NCBI GenBank assembly: GCA_038087875.1
Contig: JAXLNO010000338.1
Coordinates: 124,001-188,000, forward strand
From: Malacoraja senta
Taxonomy: Eukaryota
Length of the DNA stretch: 64,000 bases
Direction of reading: 5' to 3'
Part shown: positions 1-11,950 of the stretch, in pieces
Layout of the letters: each line of letters opens with the position of its first letter
Position numbering within the stretch: the stretch's first letter is position 1
Program-made: the position numbers and the translations under genes
Notes under the pieces: model-generated
The model's input: the letters and a program-made list of their open reading frames with translations, nothing else
What the model was told of the DNA's origin: nothing
The model's database searches: none

Positions 1-1884
1 TTATCATGTTCGGCAGCATTCTCCCCATAAACTAGGATGTCGTCAACGATGATGGCGCAAGGCATGTCAGCGAACAGGCTGTTCCATGGTTCGCTGAAAC
101 ACTTCACTGGCAGAGTTAATACCGAATGGTATTCGTAGAAACTTAAACCTGCCATAAGGAGTGGAAAAAGTTGTCAGGTCGGAGGAGCGCTTATCGAGTG
201 GTATTTGCCAGAAAGAGCTTTTTGCATCGAGGACAGAAAACACCGTAGCCTGACCGACCTGAGCTGCGACGTCCTCTACGGTTCTCATGGGGTAGTGTGG
301 CCGCCTAATCGCTAGGTTCAGGTCTTTGGGCTTGATACACACCCGTATCTCGTTTTTGTCCTTTTTCAGGGTAGCAACCATGGTGGAGACCCACTCGGTG
401 GGCTCGCTCACTGCTTCCAGCACCCCCATTGTAACCATGCTCTTCAGCATCGCTTCCACTTTATCCTTTAAAGCGAGGGATACTCTGTGTGGTGCACGGA
501 CCACTGGCACCACTTTGGGGTCGGTGACAATCTTGTAGACAAGGGGCAGTTTGCCCAGTTCATTATCAAACAGGTCCGGGTACTCGGATAACGGATCCCA
601 TTGGCAAACGTATTTCGTGGACAGTACGATCGAAGGACACTAGTCCCAGGTCTTCGCACGCCTGGTTGCCCAACAGAGTCACACAATCAGAATCCAGAAC
701 ATAAAACATGAGGGGCCGCGATGACTTCTGCAGCACACAATTAAAAGTAGCCTTTCCCACAGGTTTCAGTACCTCGCCCCCATAGGCACGTAAGGTGGAA
801 CGGTCTGAAGTCAGTGGTTCATTGTGTCTAATCTTTCGGAACAGGTTTGTTGACATAACATTGACTTTCGCCCCCGCGTCGAGTTTAGCTGTGAACGGAC
901 AGTTGTTGACGGTAACGAGAACCGATGGATCGGGGAGGCGAGCAGGTGCATGTAGGAGTGTAAATATACTAGCATCTGCTTGAGAACTAATTGCCTCAGA
1001 GTCGTGGGCAGTGTCGAGCGAGGACTGGGAACCAAAATCGCTATCAACTTGTGCTAGGTTGTTTAATACTTGTCTAGGAACAGGTGACAGGTTCCCACGA
1101 GAACGGCAAACCGCCGAGAAGTGATTCAATCTCTTGCAGAAATTGCATGCTTTACCATAAGCCGACCACTGCGATTGCATTGAATGTATATAGTTACAAT
1201 TAGGGCACCTTTTAATCACCCGTCCCCCGGGGCCATAACCTGCCCGCGGCGCGGGTTTAGCGTTATCTATTCTGGGACGTGGTCTGCTGAGACCAGTTAA
1301 ATTGACCGATCGGCCATCAGTGCCCCTTTGTCCGAAACAACGGGTCAACGACTTCAGCCAACCTGCATGCATGCATAGCGTCCGTCAGGGTAAGATCCGG
1401 CCTCCTTAGTAGCTCGGATTGCAGTTTCTGATCCAGCATACCTGTCACTGGTTAGCTGGTCAGTCATGTTTTCAAAACGGCACCGCTGCGCGAGATAGCG
1501 CAGATCCGCAATAAAGCATTCAACAGGTTCGTCGGGCTGTTGCTTTCTCGTGAAAAACTTCGCACGCTCTAAAATACGGTTAGAGGGCAAGTCGCAAATT
1601 TCGGCAAATTTTCGCAATAGACACACTGGGTCGTTAGCAGACTCCGCAGGTACCTGAACCAGGTCGTTCCCATCCTGGACCTCGGGATCATAGGCAAAGG
1701 CTCGCAGTCTCCTCATGGCATCTGGACCCGCAAGGTTCAGTAGGAGAGAAGCTTTAACAATATCAGGATCGTTGCGATGCACGATATTGATGTAATGAGT
1801 GAAGTCCATTTCAAAAGTCGCCCAGCGTTCAGCTATGTCAGCATCAAAGACCAGGGGCGAGGGTTTGCGGCACGAGGATGCCAT
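1..1884 (-). mobile_element. Ty3/Gypsy LTR retrotransposon gag-pol, frameshifted, running off the left window edge
   Basis: Gag starts MASSCRKPSPLVFDAD at 1884; CCHC knuckle CNFCKRLNHFSAVC; aspartic protease KLDAGAKVNVMS; RT motifs VLDAKSSFWQIPL, PFGINSASEVFQ and IIVDDILVYG near the left end; split over several frames (ORFs 1354-2385, 566-1372, 67-513). Confidence 0.93.
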
Positions 1885-2670
1885 AGAGGAGGAGGTGTGG
1901 GGGAGGAGGTGTAGAGGAGGGGGTGTAGGGGAGGGTGTGGGGAGGAGAAAGGTAGGGGAGGAGGAAGGTGGGGGAGGGGGTGTAGAGGAGGAGGAAGGTA
2001 TGGGAGGGTGTGTGGGGGAGGGGGTGTAGAGGAGGGTGTGTGAGGGAGGGGGTTTAGAGGAGGGGGTGTAGGGAAGGGGGTGTAGAGGAGGGGGTGTAAG
2101 GAAGGGGGTGTAGAGGAGGAAGTGTAGAGGAGGGGGTGTGGGGGTGCGGGTGTGGGGGTGTAGGGGAGGGTGTGTAGAGGAGGGGGTGTGGGGGGAGGGG
2201 GTGTAGAGGAGGAGGTGTAGAGGAGGGGGTGTAGGGGAGGGGGTGTAGGGGAGGGGTGTGGGGGAGAGGGTGTAGGGGAGGTGGGGAGGGGTGTGGGGGA
2301 GTAGAGATGCTATAATTGGTGGACGTTCCTTTACGAAAGAGATGGGGAGGAATTTATTTTTCCAGGTGGTGGCGAATCGACGCAAGTTGGAGAGAGGGGA
2401 GCGGGTGTGGGGAGGGGTGTAGGGGAGCGGTGTAGGGAGGTGGTGTAGGGGAGGAGGTGTAGGGGAGGCGGTGTAGGGGAGGGGTGTGGGAGGGGGGAGG
2501 GGGGTTCAGGGATTGAGGGGGAGGGAAGGAGTTTGAAATGATTGAGGGTGTTTCGGGATGGAAGGTGAGGGAGTTTGAGGGAAAGAGGAGGGAATGAGGG
2601 AGGGAGAGTGAGGGAGAGAAGAGGGTGAGGAAGAGGGGAGGGAGAGAGAGAGAGGACCAGAGGAGGAATG
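1885..2670. repeat. G-rich low-complexity repeat (GGGGTGTAGAGGA-like units)
   Basis: Direct reading; accounts for the Pro-rich N-terminal part of ORF 1354-2385. Confidence 0.9.
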
Positions 2671-2674
2671 GAGG

Positions 2675-3035
2675 CGTTGTTGACGGGGTTTCAGCAGTTT
2701 TGAGGGGGTTTTCAGGGTCTTGAGGGCTTGTGAGGGTTGCTGATGGTTTTTTGAGGCGTTGTTGAGGGTTGTTGAGCAGTTTTGATGTTTTTTTGAGCAG
2801 TTTTGAGGGGTTTGAGCAGTTTTCAGTGTTGTTGGGTTTTGCGCGTTGTCGTGGGATTGAGATTTTGATGGGTTTTTTTAGCTATTTTCAGTGTTGTTGA
2901 GTGTTTTTTTTAGCCTTTTTTTTTTAGAAAATCATTTTGAGGGGTTTTTGAGCAGTTTTTGGCGGTTTTGATTGGTTTTGAGGGGGTTTTGAGCTGTTTT
3001 AATGTTTTTTTGAGCAATTATGAGGTGGTTTTGAG
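2675..3035. repeat. T/G-rich degenerate tandem repeat (GAGCAGTTTT / GAGGGGGTTTT units)
   Basis: Direct reading. Confidence 0.75.
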
Positions 3036-3046
3036 GGAGCCTGTTG

Positions 3047-3190
3047 CCGAGATCTGCCCGGCAACAGCCTCCCATTGGCTGGTTCCAGCGGGTCCGAGCC
3101 CCGAGATCTGCCCGGCAACAGCCTCCCATTGGCCGGTTCCTGCGGGTCCGAGCCCCGAGATCTGCCCGGCAACAGCCTCCCATTGGCCAG
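3047..3190. repeat. 54-bp GC-rich tandem repeat, ~2.7 copies, each with an inverted CCAAT box
   Basis: CCGAGATCTGCCCGGCAACAGCCTCCCATTGG starts at 3047, 3101 and 3155. Confidence 0.92.
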
Positions 3191-3270
3191 TTCCCCGCCT
3201 CCCACGTGGGTCCGAACGGAGGTTTAAACCGTTGGTCACGCGGGGGGAGGGGCTCCCGCCAAAAACGGCG

Positions 3271-3368
3271 TCACGGGAGTTTCAAACACCCCATCACAGG
3301 AGTTTCATACACCCCGATCACAGGAGTTTCAAACACCCCATCACAGGAGTTTCAAACACCCCGATCAC
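3271..3368. repeat. 23-24-bp tandem repeat x4 (TCACAGGAGTTTCAAACACCCC[G]A)
   Basis: Units start at 3271, 3294, 3318 and 3341. Confidence 0.9.
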
Positions 3369-3802
3369 TAGAGGAGGGAGAGGCAACATTATCAGTTTTC
3401 TCCACACCCACAATTCCACTCTCTCTCTCTCGCTCTCTCTCACAAAACACTTACATTAACAGACACATGAGAAGGTTTTACCACAATGTTTTAAAGTCAC
3501 ATTTATCGCTAGAGTTGGAACGACTGAATCTTCACACGTGTACGTTTGTTCCACTCTGTTGACATTTCCTGAATCAAAATAGAGCATTTGAGTTGAGTGT
3601 AGTTTATTGTCCCGTGTAGCGAGGTACAGTGAAAAGCTTCTTGTTGCGGGATCTCCAGTCAGTGGGGAGACTGTACATGGTTACAATCCAGCCGGCGACA
3701 GTGTACAGATACAGGATAAAGAGAATAACCTTTAGTGCAAGATAATGTCCAGTAAACTCAATTAATCATCTTGTAAATCTTCATTACTTTTGTCTTACAA
3801 AG

Positions 3803-3890
<88 letters not shown>

Positions 3891-4213
3891 CTCTCTCTCA
3901 CTCTCTCTCACTCTCTCTCTCACTCTCTCACTCTCTCTCTCTCACTCTCTCACTCTCTCACTCTCCTCCCCTCTCTTTCAACAATATCTATCTCTTTCAA
4001 GAGAGAACTAGATAGAGCTCTTAAAGAAAGCGGAGTCAGGGGATATGGGGAGAAGGCAGGAACGGAGTACTGATTGTGGATGATCAGCCGTGATCACATT
4101 GAATGGTGGTGCTGGCTCGAAGGGCCAAATGGCCAACTCCTGCACCTATTGTCTAATGTCTATTCCCCTCTCTCTCTCCCCCCTCTCCCATCCTCTATGT
4201 CTATCTCCCCCCC

Positions 4214-4254
<41 letters not shown>

Positions 4255-4393
4255 GCTCAAAACTCTCATACACACAGTAAAAGTTAAGGGAATGGAGAGA
4301 GAGAGAGAGATAGAGAGGGAGAGGGAGATAGAGGGAGATGAGAGCACTGACATTTCTTGAAACCATCGTACTTTCTCCCTCATCCTCTCTCTT

Positions 4394-4484
<91 letters not shown>

Positions 4485-4500
4485 TCCTCCCTCTCTCTCT
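3803..4500. repeat. (CT)n/(CA)n/(GA)n microsatellites with an embedded CR1 3' end (~3995-4165)
   Basis: Direct reading; CR1 3' UTR GGATATGGGGAGAAGGCAGG...CTCCTGCACCTATTGTCT. Confidence 0.85.
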
Positions 4501-4730
4501 CAAACTTTCCTATACTTTACTAAACTTTCTCAAACTTTAAAAAACGTTCTCAAACTTTACAAAACGTTCTCAAAACTTTACAAAACATTCTTAAACTTTC
4601 CAAAACTTTCTCAAACTTTCCAAAACGTTCTCAAAACTTTCTTAAAGTTTCTAAAACTGTTTTAAACTTTACAAAACTTTCCCAAACTTTCTCAAACTTT
4701 ACAAAACTTTACAAAACGTTCTCAAACTTT
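4501..4730. repeat. Degenerate ~10-11-bp tandem repeat (CAAAACTTTCT / CAAAACTTTA)
   Basis: Direct reading. Confidence 0.8.
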
Positions 4731-5200
4731 CTCCCTCCCTCTCTCCCTCTCTCCCTCCACCTCTGTATCCTTTCACCTAAATTGAAGACTGCATCAATGA
4801 GGGAAAAGAGGAATATTCCAGAGATTAAATTCTTCCAGGAGACATTTCCAGACATCTTCGCGCGGAAAGCAAAACGAGCAAAATGGGAACCACGGGAGCC
4901 GGAAGGGGAGGGAGGGAGAGGTGTTGAAATTTCTGGAAACGTCCTCGTAGTTCTCTCTCCCTCTCTCTGTCTGTCGGCGTGGGGAGAGACTGGAGTGTGT
5001 TGGGCGTGTAGTCCTGAACGCACGCTCGTCCACGCACGCAAACACACCTACAGTGCCCTTCATAATATTTGGGACAAAGACCCATCATTTATTTATTTAT
5101 TGATTTGCCTCTCTACTCCACAATTTGAGATTTGTAATTTAATAAATCACATGTGGTTAAAGTGCACATTGCCAGATTTTAATAAAGGCCATTTTTATAC

Positions 5201-6212
5201 AGGGGACTCCATCCCCTACTCCCAATTCCTCCGTCTACGCCGCATCTGCTCCCAGGATGAGGTGTTCCACACCAGGGCATCGGAGATGTCCTCATTCTTC
5301 AGGGAACGAGGGTTCCCCTCCGCTACCATAGATGAGGCTCTCACCAGGGTCTCTGCGATATCCCGTAACACTGCTCTCTCTCCCCATCCACCCACTCGTA
5401 ACAAGGGCCCAGTCCCCCTAGTCCTCACCTTCCACCCTACCAGCTGTCACAAACAACAAATAGTCCTCCGTCATTTTCGCCACCTCCAATGACCATTTTC
5501 GACCCCACCACTCACCACATCTTCCCATCTCCTCTCCTGTCTGCTTCCCACAAAGACCGCTCCCTCCCGAACTCCTTAGTCAATTCTTCCCTTCCCTCCC
5601 GAACCACCCCCTCTCCGGGCACTTTCCCTTGCAACCGCAAGAAATGCTACACTTGTCGCTTTACCTCCACCGTCGACTCCTTCCAAGGACCCAAGCAGTC
5701 GTTCCAGGTGCGACAGAGGTTCACCTGCACCTCCTCCAACCTCATCTATTGCATCCGCTGCTCTAGATGTCAGCTGCTTTACATCGGTGAGACCAAGCGT
5801 CGGCTTGGCGATCGCTTTGCCTCCGCTCGGTCCGCATTAATTAACCTGATCTCCCGGTGGCTCAACATTTCAACTCCCCCTCCCATTCCGAATCAGACCT
5901 TTCTGTCCTGGGCCTCCTCCATGGCCAGAGTGAGGACCACCGTATATTGCAGGAGCAGCACCTCATATTTCGCTTGGGCAGTTTGCACCCCAGCGGTATG
6001 AACATTGACCTCTTATTTCAGGTAGTCCCTACTTTCTCCTCCCCTTCTCAGCTCTCCCTCAGCCCACTGGCTTCTTCTCTTCCTTTCTTCTTCCCGCCTC
6101 CCCCACCCTCACTTCAGTCTAAAGGTGGGATTCGACCCAAAAAGTTGCCTATTTCCTTCGCTCCATAGATGCTGCCTCACCCGCTGAGTTTCACCAGCAT
6201 TTTTGTCTGCCT
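5201..6212 (+). mobile_element. Penelope-like element, 5'-truncated (RT C-terminus, GIY-YIG endonuclease, terminal module)
   Basis: SIPYSQFLRLRRICS and SSNLIYCIRCSRCQLLYIGETKRRLGDRF; 13-bp TSD GCCATTTTTATAC at 5188-5200 and 6213-6225. Confidence 0.9.
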
Positions 6213-6865
6213 GCCATTTTTATACCTTTTGTTCTCACCATGTAGAAATTACAGCTGTGTTTATTCCAGCCCCCCTCCCCCCCATTTCAGGGCACCATAA
6301 TATTTGGGACACAGCAATGTCATGTCAATGAAAGTACTCAATAATAGACAAAAGACAGTAGGTACAGGAGTAGAAAGCATGTAGTAAGCAAGAAAGTATG
6401 AAAGTAAGCATGACGGTACAGCAGGCAGTGAAGAAAGCAAATGGCATGTTGGTCTTTATAACAAGAATAGTCAAGTATAGGAGCAAAGAGGTCCTTCTGC
6501 AGTTGTACAGGGTCCTGGTGAGATCACACCTAGACATAGACATAGACATAGAAAGTAGGTGCGAGAGTAGACCACCAGGCCCATCGAGCCCGCAGCGCCA
6601 TTCGCTCATGGCTGAACACTAAACAGACACCCTTACCCACAAACAGTAGACACAAGACACAGAACACAAGACACTACCCTCCCCTTTATATCGCTATCAC
6701 CCCTCTCCACCCCAAGAACCGCGTGATCTCCTGGGGGAGGCAAAAAACCGGATAAAAACCCAGGTCCAATTCGGGAAAAAAATCCGGGAAATTCCTCTCC
6801 GACCCCAATCCAGGCGATCGACACTTGTCCAGGAGATCACTCAGGTCTTACTATACTAACCATAC

Positions 6866-9759
6866 CTAGGTCCATATCCCTGCCCTCTCCCCGTAGCCCC
6901 TTATCCCCTTGGCAGCTAAAAAACCATCTATTTTAGACTTAAATATATTTAATGTTTCTGCTTCCACTGCTCCCTGGGGCAGTGAATTCCATAAATTAAC
7001 CACCCTCTGGGTGAAGAAGTTCTTCCTCATCTCAGTTTTAAAAGAGCCCCTCTTATTCTACAACTATGTCCCCTAGTTCTAGTTTCCCCGATCATTGGGA
7101 ACATCCTCGGTGCATCCACCCGATCAAGGCCCCTCACGATCTTATATGTTTCAATGAGATCGCCTCTCATTCTTCTAAACTCCAAAGAGTAGAGTTCCAG
7201 CCTACTTAACCTTTCCTCATATGTCAATCCCCTCATTGCAGGAATTAATCTTGTAAACCTTCGCTGCACTGCCTCCAGGGCCAGTACATCCTTTCTTAAG
7301 TATGGACCCCAGAACTGTACACAGTATTCCAAATGTGGTCTCACTAATACTGTGTACAGCTGCAGCAAGACCTCCGTGTTTTTATACTCAATCCCCCTAG
7401 CAATAAAGGCCAAAACTCCATTGGCCTTCCTGATTGCTTGCTGCACCTGCATACTAACTTTCAGTGATTCATGTACTACTACCCCTAGATCCCTTTGCGT
7501 TGCATTACAACGCAGCTCCACCTCATTTAGAAAATAACTTGCCCTATCATTTTTTTTCCCAAAGTGAATGACTTCACATTTATTAGTATTAAATTTCATC
7601 TGCCAAGTTGTTGCCCACTCACCTAGCTTATCTATATCCTTTTGCAGACTCTTCCTATCCTCCTCATCCCCTACTTTTCCTCCCATTTTTGTATCGTCCG
7701 CAAATTTTGATATATTACACTTGGTTCCCTCCTCCAAATCATTTATATAAATTGTGAACAACTGGGGTCCCAGCACCGACCCTTGCGGAACCCCGCTAGT
7801 TACCGGTTGCCATCCCGAGTATGAACCATTTATCCCCACTCTCTGCTTCCTATTTGTTAGCCAATCCTCTACCCATGCTAATATATTACCCCCAATCCCA
7901 TAATTTTTTATTTTTAGCAATAGTCTCTTATGTGGCACCTTGTCAAAAGCCTTTTGGAAGTCCAAGTATACCACATCCACCGGTTCCCCTTTATCCACCC
8001 GGGTTGTTACTTCCTCAAAGAATTCGAGCAGATTCGTTAAACAGGACTTCCCCTTCACAAAACTATGCTGGTTCTGTCCGATGAAGTCATGTTTATCCAA
8101 GTGCCCCGTTAGTGTTTCTTTAATAATTGTCTCTAACATTTTACCCACCACCGATGTTAGACTAACCGGTCTATAGTTACCCGCCTTCTGTTTACTTCCT
8201 TTTTTAAATATAGGTGTTACATTGGCCATTTTCCAATCCACTGGGACCGTTCCTGCCTCCAGGGAGTTTTGGAAAATTATCACCAATGCATCCACAATCC
8301 CCACCGCTATCTCCCTCAAGACACTTGGATGTAATCCATCAGGCCCAGGGGATTTATCCTCCTTCAGTCTCATTAATTTCCCTAATACCACCTCCTTGGT
8401 GATCTTAATAGTATTTAGCTCCTCCATTCCTACCGCCCCCTGTTTATCCAGCGTTGGAATATTTTTTGTGTCTTCTATGGTGAAGACTGATACAAAATAC
8501 TCGTTTAATGCCTTTGCCATTTCCATGTTCCCCACCAACAACTCTCCAGTCTCACCCTCCAATGGACCAACGTTCACCTTAGCCACCCTTTTTCTTTTTA
8601 TATAGCTATAAAAACTCTTACTATTAGTTTTTATGTTGTTCGCTAAATTCCTTTCATAGTCTATTTTCTCCGTCTTAATTAATCTCTTAGTTATTTTTTG
8701 CTGACCTTTAAATGCTTCCCAATCCTCTACCCTCCCACTATCTCTAGCTACCTTATATGCCCTTGCCTTCAGCCGAATACTATCCTTTATAGTTTTACTG
8801 AGCCATGGCTGACTGTTCTTTCCCTTACCCCTTTTTTTCTTCATAGGAATAATTTTTTCTTGAAGGTTATACAGTAGATCCTTAAACGTACACCACTGCT
8901 CATGTACCGTCTTATTCTTGAGTCTGCTATCCCAGTCAACTTTGGTCAGCTCAGTCCTCATACCTTCATAATCCCCTTTATTTAGACTAAGTACCCTAGC
9001 CTGAGTTTCAACCTGCTCTCCTTCTATTTGAATATGGAATTCGACCATATTGTGGTCACTTGTTCCCAACGAGTCCCTAACTATGACATTTTTAATTAAT
9101 CCTGCTTCATTACACAGGACCAGATCCAAGATTGCCTCCCTCCTTGTCGGTTCTGTGACATACTGTTCTAGGAACCCGTATCTAATACATTCTATAAACT
9201 CTTCCTCTAGTCTACCCTGCCCAGTTTGGTTTGCCCAATTAATATGAAAATTGAAGTCCCCCATGATTACAGCAGTTCCCTTTTTACATGCGTCAACTAT
9301 TTGCAGATTTATGTTCTGACTAACAGCGTCACAGCTATTTGGAGGTCTATAAATTACACCCACTAGTGTTTTTTCCCCCTTGTTATTCTCTATCTGTACC
9401 CAAGCTGTTTCACTATCCTGATCCTTCAACGCAATATCCTTCCTCTCTATTGCCGTTATTCCCTCCCTTATTAAAAGGGCCACCCCTCCTCCCTTTCTTT
9501 CCTGTCTACCTTTTCTAATTGTCGAGTACCCCTCTATATTTAACTCCCAATCCTGATCCCCTTGCAGCCATGTCTCCGTAATGGCCACGATATCATAACT
9601 ATATGTACTTAATTGCACCGTTAATTCATTTATCTTATTTCGAATACTCCGTGCATTTAGATACAGCACTTTCAGATGATTTTTACTACCCTTCCTTTCT
9701 GTTTTTGCCCCTTTTACATCTAGAGCTTTATCTTCACACATTCTGGATCCTCCTGTCAC
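6866..9759 (-). CDS. CR1 ORF2, APE endonuclease + reverse transcriptase (one frameshift near 7050)
   Basis: 910-aa ORF 7027-9759 with YLNARS, ITETW, GDFN, SDHN, YRPVSL, LDFQKAFD, GVPQGSVLGP and FADD; C-terminus KTEMRKNFFTQRVVNLWNSLP continues in another frame to a TAG at 6866-6868. Confidence 0.93.
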
Positions 9760-9850
9760 ATTTTGATTTTCCGTTTCCCCACTGATACCCTGCTCTATTT
9801 CCTCTACCCCTGCCGTTATTACCCCCCTTGATACCCCCCCCCCCCGCTAC

Positions 9851-10803
9851 TTAGTTTAAAGACCTCTCTACTGCCCTAGTTATATGATTTGCCAGGACCC
9901 CAGTCCCAGCACCGTTCAGGTGAAGTCCGTCCTTACAGAACAGATCCCCCCTGTCCCAGTACTGGTGCCAGTGGCCCAAGAAACCAAACCCATTTTCCCA
10001 CACCAGTCTTTGAGCCACGCATTCAGCTTTTTAATTTTTCGTACCCTCGCCGATTTGGCCCGTGGCTCAGGTAGCAATCCGGAGATCAGTACCCTCGAGT
10101 TTCTGCTTTTTAATTTATTCCCTAACTGCTCAAACTCGTTCAGCAGATCCTCCTTCCTCGTCCTTCCTATGTCATTGGTCCCCACATGGACCACGACCAC
10201 TGGATCCTCCCCCTCACTCTGCAAATTTCTCTCCAGCATCGCAGAGATATCCTTAGCCCTAGCACCGGGTAGGCAACACAGCCTTCGGGACATGTTCTGC
10301 TGGCCGCAGAGAACCTTATCTACCCCCCGAATAATACTATCCCCTATCACCACGGCATTTCTTCTAACTCCCCCCTCTTGAATGGCCCCCTGATCCACGG
10401 TGCTGCAGCCAGGTTGCTCATCCCTCCCACAGCCCCTGATCCCGTCCTCACATTGAGTAAGAGCCTCGGTCATGCTCGTCAGGGACAAGGGCTGTGGCTC
10501 CTGCCGCATCTCCTCCTGGTTCCCCCTACCTGCCTCGCTTATGGCCACACCTTCCTTTCCCTGCTCACTAACTACTGAATTAGTTAAACTGGTCGGTGTG
10601 ACCATCCCCTGGCACAAAACATCCAGGTAATACTCCCCCTCCCTGATGCACCGCAGCGTATGAAGTTGGGTCTCCAGCTCATCAATGCGGAGCTCGAGTT
10701 CCGCTAGCTTCAAACACTTACTGCAGCTGTAGGGATCATCTACATCAATGGTGTCGACAATTTCCCACATCTCACAGTATTGGCACATCTCCTGGCCACC
10801 CAT
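9851..10803 (-). CDS. CR1 ORF1: Zn-finger, leucine zipper, SGNH esterase (one frameshift near 9990)
   Basis: CQYC...CSKC, LELRIDELETQL, GDSII and VHVGTND; DGLHLN catalytic motif lies in the shifted frame before TAA at 9851-9853. Confidence 0.9.
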
Positions 10804-10833
10804 CTTATATAAGTAATTAACTGGTCCTATTAA

Positions 10834-11211
10834 GAATAAAGTCTTGTGCTTGGCTTCTACTTTTCAACTGTTTTTCCCCCCTCTGACTCACTTCTCTCTC
10901 CCACTCGGGCTAGAGCCAATCAGTCGTATCTCTTGCTAATCTCCTGCTGCTGTTGCTCCCAAATCTACAGCAGTTCCGAATAAAGTCTGCCTGTGCTTGG
11001 CTTCTACTTTTCAACTGTTTTTCCCCCCTCTGACTCACTTCTCTCCTCCCACTCGGGCTAGGCCAATCAGTCGTATCTCTTGCTAATCTCCTGCTGCTGT
11101 TGCTCCCAAATCTACAGCAGTTCTGAATAAAGTCTGCCTGTGCTTGGCTTCTACTTTTCAACTGTTTTTCCCCCCTCTGACTCACTTCTCTCCTCCCACT
11201 CGGGCTAGAGC
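10834..11211 (-). repeat. ~147-bp tandem monomers (~2.6 copies) forming the CR1 5' UTR
   Basis: GAATAAAGTC at 10834, 10978 and 11125; GCCAATCAG in the complete units. Confidence 0.92.
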
Positions 11212-11950
11212 CACACCTGGAGTATTGTGTGCAGTTTTGGTCCACTAATTTGAGGAAGGACATTCTTGCTATTGAGGGAGTGCAGCGTAGGTTTACAATG
11301 TTAATTCCCGGGTTGGTGGGACTGACATATGCTGAGAGAATGGTGCGGCTGAGCTTGTACACTCTGGAGTTTAGAAGGATGAGAGGCTATCTCATTGAAA
11401 CATATAAGATTGTTAAGGGTTTGGACACGCTAGAGGCAGGAAACATGTTCCTGATGTTGGGGGAGTCCAGAACCAGGGGCCACAGTTTAAGGATAAGAAG
11501 TAAGCCATTTAGAACGGAGGACGAGGAAACACTTTTTCTCACAGTGGTGAGTTTGTGGAATTCTCTGCCTCAGAGGGTGGCGGAGGCAGGTTCTCTGGAT
11601 GCTTTCAAGAGAGAGCTAGATAGGGCTCTAAAAATAGCGGAGTCAGAGAATATGGGGAGAAGGCAGGAACGGGGTACTGATTAGGGATGATCAGCCATGA
11701 TCTCATTGAATGGCGGTGCTGGCTGGAAGGGCCCGAATGGCCTGCTCCTGCACCTATTGTCTATTGTCTATTGAAGTCTGCGATTCATGGACATCACCAG
11801 TTGCTGGGTGTCTTCTCTGGTGATGCTCTGCCAGGCCTGCATTGCAGCCATCTTTAAGCTGATGCTTGTTTTGGGGGCTAGTCCCCTTCACTTTTCTCTT
11901 CAGCGTATAAAAGGCTTGTTACATTGGGTTCAGATCGGGTGAAAGAGCTC

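Larger units (their letters stand above)
6532..11211 (-). mobile_element. Full-length CR1 LINE (5' UTR monomers, ORF1, ORF2, 3' UTR, (TCTATG)n tail)
   Basis: 7-bp TSD CACACCT at 6525-6531 and 11212-11218; both ORFs present. Confidence 0.95.
6388..11773 (+). mobile_element. 5'-truncated CR1 LINE (pieces 6388-6531 and 11212-11773) split by a younger CR1
   Basis: QQAVKKANGML...LYRVLVR resumes after the insertion as [11 protein letters not shown]...; 3' tail (ATTGTCT)n at ~11756-11773. Confidence 0.9.
5051..11942 (-). mobile_element. Tc1-family DNA transposon relic in pieces (5051-5200, ~6213-6340, 11773-11942), interrupted by later insertions
   Basis: TA followed by CAGTG terminus at 5049-5055; 16-bp direct repeat CATAATATTTGGGACA at 5061 and 6296; minus-strand transposase C-terminus SPDLNPM*QAFYTLKRK...QAWQSITREDTQQLVMSMNR at 11773-11942. 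Confidence 0.8.

Noticed and set aside
1885..2385. Pro-rich N-terminal extension of ORF 1354-2385
   Set aside because: It is the translation of a G-rich low-complexity repeat; gag similarity starts at the ATG at 1884.
3790..4665. Ser/Leu- and Arg/Glu-repeat ORFs (also 12617-13330, 14935-15342, 19940-20684, 46194-47054)
   Set aside because: Translations of dinucleotide microsatellites.
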